Below are positions 43,901-56,180 of a stretch of DNA of 64,000 bases, in pieces. Made by a program: the position numbers and the translations under genes. The number at the start of each line of letters is the position of its first letter. The stretch's first letter is position 1. Location of the stretch: NCBI GenBank assembly GCA_001949185.1, contig BDGG01000002.1, forward strand, positions 6,872,448 through 6,936,447, read 5' to 3'. The DNA comes from Ramazzottius varieornatus (taxonomy: Eukaryota; Animalia; Tardigrada). The notes under the pieces were generated by a model. That model was not told the DNA's origin. It worked only from the letters and a program-made list of their open reading frames with translations, and did not search any database.

Positions 43901-44226
43901 CACCATCCCAGAAGCCAGAATAAATATTCTTTCGTTTCACAATGGGCTTATCGCTTATCAGAAACCATTTACCTATCAATGGACAATGTAATCTGCTTTG
44001 GCCTACATTTTAGTCAGTTCATTACAAAATTTCGGAAAAGTGTTGTACCTAGTGTCTCGAAGATGACAGCAAGGATACAAGCTTGTTTCAGTGTCAGCAC
44101 TTTGGATCCGACCGAAGTCCCGAAGGAGTTGGCCACATCGTTGGCTCCGACGGCGAAGGCAAGGATGAAGGCGATAATGAAGCCCACAACGACCATCCAC
44201 ACCACATCGGCAAAATGCGGATCCAT
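40958..44226 (-). CDS. SLC20A: sodium-dependent phosphate transporter PiT/SLC20 family, paralog 1
   Basis: Signatures [11 protein letters not shown] and HGGNDV-NAIG, plus [23 protein letters not shown] and a large intracellular loop. Confidence 0.93.
42518..42645. repeat. hairpin element, family 2, two tandem units (PiT paralog 1 intron)
   Basis: CCTGCATAC...GTATGCAGGTGC and CCTGCATAC...GTATACAGGTGC. Confidence 0.65.
43150..43285. repeat. hairpin element, family 1, tandem pair (PiT paralog 1 intron)
   Basis: Best-preserved unit at 43215-43285: AAGTGGCGCACGTTTCTGGT-CATTGAC-ACCAGGAACGTGCGCCACTT. Confidence 0.8.
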
Positions 44227-45983
44227 CTTGATGAACGATGGAGAGGACAAGCGCACTGATGAAGATCTGATTACCTGCAACAGAAGATAAGCAGTCCTCG
44301 TCCGTAAAATTGTATCCGCGTCCTCGTCAATTTAACAGTCTCGCAGCGTGACGCGGAAACACTTCCTCGTTGGCAGAATGTTCCCGGCTGGGTTAGTAAT
44401 AATACCTTATAGTTAATGCTGTATGCCGCTATAAATAAACACCAGCGAGGAGGAGGAATTCGCAGACTGCATCGTTGCCGGATGTTGAATGGCAGATCAG
44501 ACTAGCGCAGACTTGGCTACCGTTCCTGTCTCGAGCAGGACCAATCAAGGGTTATACAGGCAATCAAAGCCATGACCGGTGTTGGAGAGGGGACCCAGGA
44601 GGGAAACGGTGACTGCGGGATCGGCAGCGGAAACGACTGCTGTGCCCGCACGGAGATCGAAGGTGGGAGATCTTGTGCGGATGATTTCTTCCTTCCGTGG
44701 AAGTTTCGAACTGCGGACGACGAAGGGCTGAAGTGTCCCGCGGAGAAGAGATGGAAATAAGGAAGAGAACGGTGGATGAAGCGGAGAGATCTTGGACCTT
44801 CATAAGAACTGAATGGACCAAAATAGCGCACGGCTGCCTGGTTATGAGCTCGTGAAACGCGCAGGAGGCGAAGTATGGGTGTTGCGACACAGACGTTGCG
44901 CCCTGTGCAGTCTTGAGAATTGCACAGGCAAACTATACGAGCAGACTGACGTGAAGTTCGTACGGTAATAACGGTACTGTATTCCCTCGAAAGTTCTGCG
45001 AATCACGTGACTCTCGTGGTAAATGTCATCTGGCGGGGAACAGAAAGTATCCATACCTTCAGTCAAAGACTGCTCCCTAGTCAAGTGCAATGATGGGCGA
45101 CAATCAAACAATCAGGGATACCAGTGCGGGTGTAATTTACTGGCACGATGACGTAATTCGCAGAACTATCGAGGGAATATGGTATTAGCTTTGCGGCTTT
45201 GCCGTTGCGCCTTTGCCCTTATCGCACCACACGCATTGAAGTTGTCTCTGGATTTCGCAACAATGACGTCACACAGCCATGAGGCAAATGACAAGGCGGC
45301 AGGGAGTTCCGCGGACCGGCGTAATGACGTCAGGGGTGAGTTTCCACCGTGTTCTTCAAGTTGGCAGCACAGTTTACGCATGATGCGTGAGCCGGTAAGC
45401 GCAAGTTGCCACGCGAAGGCTAAGCCGATCTGATCGACTGGAAGACTTTAACGGCAACCTTCGAAAATCGAGATGAGTCATCAGCCTGCAGAACTCAACG
45501 CTGAATCCGCAACTGCGAATCCGGGACTCTGCGAAGAACCGCGCGGGCTTTGCGATGAACCTGAGTCAGCTGTAATGTGAGTGATGTAAAGTACGCAGCG
45601 TAATATCATGCGTCTCACGAGAGTCAAGACCTCGGCCAAACAAGAATAATAATTAGGACACACAGTCGGAGTCCGCCGGTACGTTCGGATGTGTTCCCTT
45701 TCTGAGCTCAACTCGGTTGAAATTTTCCGGGGATGATAATCTCGACTACTCGTACGTAACGCTACACCTTTATGATCAAAAAGCCCATATGACAACTCAA
45801 ATGGATGAAATGATTTCATGTTGACAAGTTTCGTCAGCTATCTCGTTGATCACTGTGAAGTACCCTACTGACAAAATCGCACGCCCTACGACGCAATAGT
45901 ATTTCTGGGTACCTACAGACGGGCCACAAAGCATAAAAAATGACGCTGTGGACTTTTAGTCATAAAAGAAACATCTCAACCTG

Positions 45984-48644
45984 TTAAGGAATGAAGCTAA
46001 AGAGAGCCATACAACCTGCGCCGCAACCAGCTGCGATGGGTACCGTCATTAGTGCGCACGCCATGATGTTTCCAAAGACTTTCCAGTTGACGGCTCTACG
46101 CGAGCGCAGCCAGCCAACTGCAACTACACTTCCGACGATGCAGTGCGTGGTCGACACCGGCAAGCCTATTTTCGAGCATAATAGAACGGTACTGGCTGTA
46201 CCAAGACCGATGCAGAATCCACTGCAAAAACATAAAGCAAACATATGAACCAGTTCAAGGCTCTTGAGAAAAAAGCTCAGCATTATTCACCGCCACGAGC
46301 ATAAATGGCTATTATACGCGTACTGTAAAGTACCTGCTTGGAATGATGATGGCCAGGCCGGTACCGACAGTCTCGATGACTTTCCTGCCCAGAACGCAGA
46401 GACCTACGGATATTCCGAAACCTCCGAACAGTAAGAGCCAGATGGGCGTGCTCGATTCTTGAGGAATATAGCCGGCGGAGAAAATCACCCATACTGCCAC
46501 CAGAGGACCGATAGCGTTACTGAAACGACAATGATAATTTCCCTCAACCCAACAAGTACATTATTGTAGGGAAGACCATCAAGCATTTCGAACTTACGAG
46601 ACATCATTGGCTCCATGAGCGAACGAAGTGAAGGTGGCGGTGAGAATTTGCAGAAAGGAAAAGATGGCGGCAATCTCCGGTGGGTCTTCAGGTGCCGCCC
46701 GCGACGGCTATCAACATAACAGCAAGTTAGAATCTGTAGCCAAGTCTTGGCAGTAAGTTCTTACTCCTCTATCGGAGCCCAAGATGGTAGTCTTCGTCGA
46801 GCTCCACAAGTCTGACAAATTTTTCTTCGCCCTTGGCATCTCTACGCGGCTTTGCTTTCGATGCTTCACGTGCCCCAGTTCGCCGTTGGTCGGTCCGTTG
46901 TCTCGCATTTCCTGTATACTGTCATCGTCTGGATCGTTCTTCCCCACGGAGAACTTCGGAGCATGATACTGTACGGGAGGTCCACCTGCTAGTTTGTACG
47001 TGTGGACGGACTTCCTTCGCATCGGTGGCTGCTTTTCTTCCTCGGCGTCATACTTTAACGGTAGATATGTCACTTCTTTTCGTGCCACCTCGTGTTGTTG
47101 CGAGTCCGCTGAAGGGAGGTAGTCGTCCCGAAGATCATCTTCGGCGATCTTGTCAGAGTCACCCAACATATCGAGCGACGTGGTGGACGTGGAAAAGTTT
47201 TGCACGTGCAACAGCGGCGCCACTGGTCCGCGACCCACCCAGTCGTCGTCCAGCATGTTCAAGCTGGTAGCTGTGGACACGTTCATGCCGCAGATGAGCC
47301 CGACAGCTGTTTTGGCCTTCAGTTTCCCGAGGTTCTCCAGAATGGTCCTTCTCTTCCATGGGACAACCCAGTAGTGAACGACGAGCCCGGTGATGACAGC
47401 GAGGCCTACGCTGATGATCAAGGCACCCCACCATGGGATTTGCTGGATGGCACCGCCCAAGAAGATACTCAGACTGTTGATGAATATACTGATGGAATAA
47501 AAAATGGGAAGACCTCGCAAACCTACAACGAAAAAACGGATATAGAAAACCCAGGGCGAAGCTAAGGACAATAGCTAACTACACGATAAACAAGAGTAGC
47601 TGATTTAGATGATGACTGTACTCTGCCGGAAACACCATTAGAAACACAAGCAAATACCGTACTTAACCAAGTCGTTTTTCTAAGTGGCGCACGCCTTCAG
47701 GCAACAAGAATAGGAACGTGCGCCCCTTGAGATATCGATTTGATTTAATTCAATTGCCCCCGTCCCATTAGTTTTTACGTTAAAATACCTTGCAATTGTT
47801 TTGATTTCGATTAGCCTTTAACGTGTAGAAAGCTCAGCTTTCACTTATTTACTCACCAGACTCCATGGGATCCTGACTCATCAATATGAATCGTCGAACC
47901 AAGATGAACAGAAAACCGGAAAGGGCGCCTGCCAGCACCGGTGAAACAAACCAGGAAGCCACAATACGAACAATGCGCAGCCATTGGATGCCGTGATAGC
48001 CATACTTGACAAATGAAAAACCCATCGTCGCGCCCACTACTGCATGGGAACCTGAAACCATAACGCATGCTCGCCACAAGAGTGGGGCGATTTTCCACCG
48101 ATCCTATCGGTTAGACTGTAGTCAGAAGCTTACCGGAGACGGGAACTTTTAGCATGGTCGCTAACAACAACCAGACTGCTGTTCCCATCAGCGCGGCCAC
48201 CTCACCGATGAGAAGAGTGCGCTCATCCCCTTCGTACATCTTGACATCGACAATCTCCTTCCAGATCGTATCCGACACTTGGCCACCCAACAGGCATGCT
48301 CCTGTAGAAAATACATAAATTATATATAAGACGTCTAAAAGCTTGGTCTCTGTATCAAGATGTAGGGGCAGCCTACCCAACGTTTCGAAGATGACCGCAA
48401 GAATGCAGGCCTGTCGGAGCGTCAAGACTTTGGAGCCGACAGAAGTACCGAATGAGTTCGCCACATCGTTGGCACCCACAGCGAAAGCAAGGATGAATGC
48501 TATCACAAACCCGACAGCTACAATCCAGATGAAATCCTTGTTGAAGCCCGTGTCCACTATCACTTCCCCGGGCGTCGTGAACCAGGGAGCTGTTGATGTG
48601 AAGTCCCCTAGGATATCTGAGAAATAATCTCGATCCTTGTCCAT
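45984..48644 (-). CDS. SLC20A: sodium-dependent phosphate transporter PiT/SLC20 family, paralog 2
   Basis: [22 protein letters not shown] and [12 protein letters not shown]. Many intron positions are shared with paralog 1. Confidence 0.93.
47670..47740. repeat. hairpin element, family 1 copy (PiT paralog 2 intron)
   Basis: GTCGTTTTTCTAAGTGGCGCACG...CGTGCGCCCCTTGAGATATCGAT. Confidence 0.75.
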
Positions 48645-49229
48645 CTCAACCCCAAAATATCAGCACCGGCCGAAGGCCTAGGTTCTTCGGACAGAAAAGC
48701 CTGCTGAATTCGTTGTGCTTTCACTGATAGCCGCGCTCACTAAAATTAAAAACCTCACGATGATCAGAGACAATTCATGAACTTTCATCGCCGTTGCCGA
48801 GTCTGATATATTAATTGATTTTTTTATTACTAGCGGGCCTCCTGCTTTGTTCTGATAAATTTCGACATTAGGTACGTTGTAAATCAAAGAAGCGTTCGAA
48901 TCTGACTTTGCAGGGGACTTGTTTACACGAGGAATATTAATCGCTGACTGATACATGCAATGAACGAGAACCTGATTTGATTCATCTCTGCAGGACGCTG
49001 TGACGCGCATCGATGGTAAGTCCAGCAGCGTGCTTTCATTGTTTTAGGGGTGGTCCGCTAACTTCAATTGAAGAAAACTCGGTATGTTATCAGAGATTTT
49101 CTTCGAGAAATTACCACAGACTGGACATTGTTTTGGCGGCAATTTCCATCACATCCTTGAGAGTATCCAACTAACTTCCCGTACATTGTTCCCTTCTACC
49201 GTTTGAAAAAGTGGTCAGGAAGTCTCGGT

Positions 49230-50722
49230 ATGGGATTCGGACTTACAGTGAAGGAGAACGTGAAGTCCATCTGGAATGCTCCTGTCTCTGAGCAGGGTCT
49301 TGGGTTCCGGCGCCATACGCTCTGTTTCTCATGCGGCATGTCCTTGATGGGTATTCTGTGCGTGGTATTCCAAGCTGCCGGTAAGTTTCAAAATGGTCAG
49401 AGTGATCGTCCTAAGCGTCAACCACTGTCAACCATACTCATGACGCTTCAGAGGTTGCCCAGCATAGATCCTACTCACCGCAGTCCAATGGCGCAGCTCT
49501 TCATTACTACAACGGCTTCTGGAACGGCTTCGGCTTGTTCTTGACATCCATGTGCGGTATCCTGACGGCCATATTCTACCTCGACCGTGAGCCAATTTTC
49601 AAGAAGATTTCTGCGAGAGAAATTACTCTGACAGTACCGTTCGCGGACCGAAGCATTAAAAGTCTCCTCAAGAAATACTCTTACCTGACACTGAAGATCC
49701 TTCTTGCTGCCCACATGTGTCTATTCGGAAGCGGCTTGGGCAGTCTGGTCTTGTCCGCGGTGACGTACCCGAACTTCCTGAAAAGCTTCAACCCAACCAT
49801 TACTGACCAGCAAACGTCATTAGGAACCGGTACAAAGAAGGGCTGTTTATAATCGAACGTTCATTCACCCAGTAAAACTAAATGAAAAAACAACAACTAA
49901 ACTAGACCAGATCGTTGTCCCAAGTGGCGCACACCACTCGCTATCAACAATGAGACCATATGCCACTTGCGATAACGATATGGTACGTTGCATTCATTTG
50001 CGCATGTAATTTTTTGTGATTTTTTATTTCTTTAATTCTCAATGGACTTAATAAAATGCTCATACGTTTTACTTTTTGCAGAATTGGTTATGACAACGAC
50101 AGATAATCCCGGCCTGGCGAACTTCACGGTCTCCCGGCCGCCGAAGGTTGATCGAGCTCTTCAGAAAGTCCGTATTACCTGTCTGACGCTGCAAGCCTCG
50201 CTGACATGGTGTACCCTAATGGGTCTTTTCCTGACGGCGTTGTGTGGGACCATAACCCTAAACCGAGTTCTTCTCCAAGAGCAGATAGCTAACCAGGGAT
50301 TTGAGCCCTCCCAAGCTACGTTAAAACGTCAAGCCAGCGCCACGGCATCAGCGAGATCACAGAGAAGGAAGAGCGTTGTGTCGGCCGTGAGGAAAGTGTC
50401 GAGAGCCTTGAGTACCGTAACGAGCCGGAAAGCTTCGACGGTAACACAACCTAACATCCCGTCCACGACGAAGACACGGGGTACACTGGACCCTGGTCGT
50501 CCGGTCCGGCAGGCAGAGCGATCCAGTTTAGCTGTTCCCGCATCCAATTTGAGTCTTCCCGGAACCAGTTTAACTGTTCCCCATGATGCACGGTCCGCCA
50601 TTATTTACATAGAGCCGCGAGAAGCCGCACTGCAGACTATGGCTGAATTTCTGAGAAATCGAAAAATGAGTCAACATAACCTGCGAGTTCCTTCTCAGTA
50701 CGAATTACAACCTACACCATAA
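49230..50722 (+). CDS. four-TM membrane protein, CD20/MS4A-like topology, with a long basic Ser/Thr-rich tail
   Basis: Three exons and four hydrophobic segments; YNGFWNG precedes TM2, similar to the MS4A-like GxxxWxG pattern. The tail contains RRKS and RKVS motifs. Confidence 0.6.
49910..49980. repeat. hairpin element, family 1 copy (intron of the 4-TM gene)
   Basis: GATCGTTGTCCCAAGTGGCGCA...TATGCCACTTGCGATAACGATA. Confidence 0.75.
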
Positions 50723-50909
50723 ACTCGCGAAAGCATCGTAATGGCTGCCAGCAGCCACCCTCATCAACCTGCGGCAACCATCATGTCCGGCGATTTTTCT
50801 ACCTGTTTCCTCAGAAAAGATCCGCAGCACGTTCTTGAATTTTTCAAAATACGCAGTTTATTGAGATGATTCGAAAACAGGATCTATTTTTTTCCCTGTC
50901 CAACCATAG

Positions 50910-52712
50910 CTAGCACGTCAAACATTCACAGTACATCAATATGTGCGTTGGTGTTCCAATTAATACTTTTCCGTTTTGAAAGACAGCCGATCCCGACCCG
51001 ATCAGGTTTCTTCCGTCGTCCGAGTAGATCTGCGTCGTCTCCGTAATGACACCCTCCGAGACATTAACTCTCAGAACCTACAAGTAGAGCTCATCCAATG
51101 GTCTTCTCGTCAGATGAAAGCGCGTGGAAAATTCCAAAAACAAAGTAAAAAAATACCAAGCTAGGCGCGACCGATCCGACTGGAAAAGCCACCTTCAGAT
51201 AAATCTTGTAGCCGATCGGGTGACTAGCCACCCAAAGATTCCCAGTTTCCGGGTCCACATTGATGTTGTCGACCAGAGTCCCCTACGACATAACCGCGGG
51301 GTAAATCAAACCGATCAATTTCCCTCACCTACAGTACTCGACTTTTCTCTCGACGCATAGAATTTCTGTTAATTACCATGAAGGTGGAGGACACTTTTGA
51401 CAGGTCTCCATTGGCGGACCGTCTAAACGTCGTAATTCTCTTGGCACCGGCTTCGGCAACGTAGACGTACCTGAAACATACACCGGTTGTAACTTCCGGA
51501 GAAAAAAACGGATTGAAGGTAAGAGTGAGCGAAAATGTAAGGTGAAGAGGTTTCGATGTACAATTCATACATTACTTTTTTGTATTACTTTTTGTCAGGG
51601 GACATGTTGATCCCATTGGCCCGACGCAAACTTTCCGCTACTTTGCGACCCTTGTGTCCATCGTAGTAGACCACATTGCCGATGGGAAGGAACGAGAAGT
51701 ACTCTAGCGTCCTCAAGAATCTGTGTCGCAGTACGTAGTCGTTCGTGGCGTAGAACTGGTCTTCTTGGGCAACCACCAGATCGTTTAACCTGACAAGGAA
51801 GGAAAACGACAGTTACGATATTGAAAACACTAGTGGAGGGATTCCGAAATTTTACGAGGTGAACGAAGGGTCTTTGAAAGTTCGCAGGTGAACAAGCGTA
51901 CTCGTCTCCAGATCCAACCTGAATTTTTCGACGCTTTCGTCAGAATCAACTTCGTCCATGGCATGATGGATAAAGTACACGTAAACGGCGCCTAAAAATA
52001 TCCACTTTTGCGGTCACAGAACGAAAAGAGACAATTCATTAAATCTTTACGTACCGTCGACAGTGAATAAGCTGATTCCGTGAGGGTTGATCTTTCGGGT
52101 AAAGCCGGTGAGCCGCAGAGCCTTTGCAGGTTCGTCTGGGTTGCTGAGGTCGAACATCATCATCCGCCCTTGCACATGCTTCAAAGCCGGGTTTCTCATG
52201 TAATTCAGTCCCTGAAAGAATTCACAAAAGGAACTTGAAGCCTCTCGACACAAAATTAGTAAATATTCGCGACAGGCGTCAGCCGTGTTGCAAATACCCA
52301 GTACGAAGTCCCAAAACATTAAAGCAACCCACTGAAGAAAAGATTGCGATGCCGTTCGGAAGGACCTCTACATCTTCGGAACCTTGATCTGCAAGCCAAC
52401 ATACACCTTGTAATTTTATTCCGTCAATAAGAAACAATCTGCTCTTTGTTACAACTGGCGACGTCTCGCGATTCGGTCTACTCACATCCTTGCTCCGGCA
52501 CATAAACACCTTCGACAGCTCGACACGGTCCAGGTTGCTGACTGTACACCACCTTGTTAATGTCCAGAAATTTTCTATGAAGTTAGAAGCAACTGTCAAC
52601 AAACACTGCTGATATTGATACAAACAAGATAGCAAAACACAACTTACATCAGCTCGTTGAAGTACCATATCCCAAGAGTGCAAAGCAGTCCGACACCGAA
52701 AGCTTTTAACAT
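50910..52712 (-). CDS. PON: paraoxonase/arylesterase (six-bladed beta-propeller), paralog 1
   Basis: N-terminal hydrophobic anchor, GSED, NPHGIS, LNDLV, FYATND, ANGINMSPD, LVDNINVD and SHP; the Ca-ligand and His residues are present. Confidence 0.9.
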
Positions 52713-53168
52713 AACTAAGTCTGTGAAGGACGCCAAAGCAAAGTTCTTTCTATAACCCAATTTTTCCAGCTTATTGCTTACTTCAGCGCTGCCATCAGCC
52801 GGTAGGTTAACAGTCAACCTTCATAGTTGAAAGTCTTCGTCTGGCCATAAACGTAAATGACTGAAGAAGTGATATCACTGATGGATTAGCTGATAGGTGA
52901 GACTGAAGCTACCTGAGGCAGTATTTAGAAGTTATCGGCTAGTGGGCTGGCGGTTACGTAACTCAAGATCGGTTTCGTGTACCGGCAAATGCGCTATGGC
53001 AAAACGATGTTTGCGCAAGTCAAAGGCGCGGATAACAAAACGAGTAAAACGGGTAGGATAAAAATTTTATGCGAGCAAGATTATCACAATAGGTGAATTC
53101 ACCATGGAAGATTTTTAAGGAAGGGGTTGTGTGGAAGGCACGAAATGAGCGTACTCGGTGGTCACTTA

Positions 53169-55068
53169 CTACAACTTCAAGACAGGGTTCAGACCAGTAA
53201 GCTTGCAGTGAAGAGCCTTGTGGTCGAGGGTCCCGATAAACAGAGCGTCCTTGTAAGGTACTGCTACGGTACTAGCGCTGAGAACGGATCCGTCGTCAGC
53301 GAAGACTTCCGTGCTACCTCCGAACTTTCCGTTCTTGACTCCCACCCGAATCACCTGCAGACATTTACAGAAGAAAAGCTCGCTATGTTCTATAGTTCGG
53401 GGCAAGACACGAATAAGCACCTGACTGGGAGCTGAGGCTTTAGGGTTGAACATCATCTTGCCCATAATGCGGAAACCAACTGGATGACATCCGGTCCAGA
53501 TATCGCCTGCAAGAGGAACACGGAAGTCAGACAGAAAATTCATAATGACACGACCAAACTTGTTGCGCGTAAGTCTATGGATTACGCACCTGACTCTGGA
53601 TCAACATCCAAGTTGTCACACAAAGAACCCAGGTTTTTTTCATCGACCGGGACCAGGTTGAGCGGGGATTCTATCCGGTAGGAAGTGAGGCGCTTCTTGT
53701 TAACTTCCATCAGATAAAGATACCTTTCAGAAAACCTGCGTTAGAAGTGTACTATCAAACTCTCAAGATTATACGACAGTGATCACGTACTTTTTATCCG
53801 GGGAGGCATTAATGCCGTTAGCTCCATATTTGCCACTGAGAACCACGGTACCGGCTTTGCCGTCGAAGTATACAACGTTCTGGAGAGGAAGCACGAAGAG
53901 GATGGCTTCCAACTGTCTCATGATGGGGCTCTTCATGGTGAACCAGTTCGTGACGTAGAACTTATCATCTCCCACCACGACGAGGTCGTTCAAACTGAAA
54001 ACAAGCACGCAATATGCACATGCAATACCTGCCAACAGCCAAAGGCGACTGCATAACTTGGTCCAGCTGCTTACCTTCGAAATTCGGGATCTTTAAAGCT
54101 CTTTTGAAACATCAACGTCTGTTTGTCCGTTTGCCACAAGAACTTGAGCACTTCGTCCTCACCGGTTCCGTTGAGCAGTCCAGCGGGGTGGTTGACTACG
54201 TAGACGAACGTTTTACCTACGACGCAAACCATAAAGTCTCTTGGTAAAAACGGCTCAAGCAACAGAGCAGTACCATTAGTCGAGTACAAGGAAAGCCCAT
54301 GTGGCATAAGGTCTCCCTGAAAAGAAACCAAGATAGCATCGCAACCGGTGGACTGTCCGCGCCCAACCTTCCGTAGGAACAGCTCACCTTAAAACCAGAC
54401 AACGTCAAGTCTCGTGCAGGCTGTTCGGGTTTACTGAAGTCAAAGCTTTTGAGTGCTGGCTTGCCACCACTTTCCGTCGGAACCATAAGACCCTGTGAAG
54501 CAGAAACATGCCGAAGACAGTAGGGCAAATCCATCGCAATATCTCGACAGAAATGCACGGCATCACGACACTCACCGTGGACATAATCGCCAGGCCATTT
54601 GGAAGGACGGAAATATCCTCAGCTCCAAGGTCTGTAATTAGGAGATATTACATATAGAATTAATATGGCAAGGGCAGCCACCCCGAAATATTGATAGTCA
54701 TCCATTCTATCTGCAGGATGAGATGTTCTTTTCCCCGAATACATCACCAAGGCATCTCATATCACTTACCAATGCCTTGAACGAACTTGCAGGGTCCTGG
54801 GACATTCTTGTGAACGACATTATAGAGATCAGAAAACTCTCTGCAAAGAGACGTATGTGGATTAGGCCAACAAGTTTCGCCGGCGAAATGCCTATGTATT
54901 TATACTAGTTGAACGTGCAGTTCGGACGGTCCAAACCCACGTCTGCAAAAACGTTTGTGGGCTTTGGAATGGTATCAGTACACGGTCCACTTACAGTGCT
55001 CGCATGAACCACAAGCCAAGTCCCGAGACTATGATCCCGCAGAAGAAAAGACGAATGAAAAAACCCAT
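53169..55068 (-). CDS. PON: paraoxonase/arylesterase, paralog 2
   Basis: GAED, MPHGLS, VVNHP, LNDLV, ANGINASPD, CDNLDVD, GCHP and ASTVA...LFIGTL. Confidence 0.9.
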
Positions 55069-55196
55069 GATCTGCTGGTCCTCTTATCCTTCGGACGAAG
55101 TATCCGACTACGACGACGATGTCCTCCGGTTGTAGAGTAACTGCAGCGGACAACGAATGTTAAGAACGCGTTCTCGCGTCTTTTTGTTGGAAGAAG

Positions 55197-56090
55197 ATGA
55201 AACCAACCTCGTTACAAGGATCTAGACTGATTGCAGATACTGCTAATCAGGTTGATAAAGCATTCCACCGACCGGAATTAGACAAAAATTACCTTGACTT
55301 CGAAGGACTGAGAGTCTCTGTGGCCACAGTGTTTCACTTGCGCGGTATGGGTCACCAAACGCCGTTACCTATAGCCAAACGGCGAACCGTGGTATGTGTT
55401 GTGTAACTGCTGCAACGGCCGAACAGCTGATCGTTTCTGTTGTGATTTTGATTCATGAGGAACCCGGAAGAGTCTTAATTTCACAGGAAGAGAGCACTTG
55501 TAAGGATACCCGTTACTCGAGGCGGGGTCCTTGTACCGTTTTTCCAGTCAGTGAGGGAAGTAAAAGTTTCGAGATAGAGCGATTGACCTGGTCCTTGGTA
55601 AGCAAACATTTCGCGGTGTTCGCAATGCTTAATTTCTTGCAGGTAAACGTGCTCGCTGGAGCAATCTGTACTCGGAAAGCTCTTCGACTCATGAGGAAGG
55701 GTAATGTCGATGACGCACATGTTAACCTCGCAGACCAAGGCCTTGAATGCGGAACTTTGACAAGCAAAAAGGAAGATTCGCGTGACAGAAAGAACGTCTA
55801 CGGAACAGCATAGAACTTGTTTCTTCTGCAGGGACTGAGTTCTCTTTCTGCTTTGGAGCTTAAGCCTCGATCGGTATGGTGGCCACTCGGACCACTCCTT
55901 TCACCAAAACCGTTCCGGTTCAGGCCTTATTGCCAGCTGTAGATCCCAATCAATACTGTGAGCAGCGTACTCCGCGTCTTGGGTACCCCGACTTATGTCA
56001 AAAATCGCCATCGTTCCAGAGGAGCAGAGCTGGTATAGTGAACAAAAGACTGGTCAAGAACGTCATAACCAGGACTATAGATCGGCTCGC
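55197..56090 (+). pseudogene. possible degenerate spliced EF-hand (EFCAB11-like) relic
   Basis: A regular series of GT-AG pairs. The first exon QVDKAFHRPELDKNYLDFEGLRVSVATVF resembles an EF-hand helix-loop-helix; later segments contain stops. Confidence 0.2.
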
Positions 56091-56180
56091 TTTCACAATT
56101 CACTGTGGTTATCTGGTGACAGACTATCAAATATGGGATTCCATACGTAGTGGAAAAACAAAAAACAAAGAGTGTTGATT

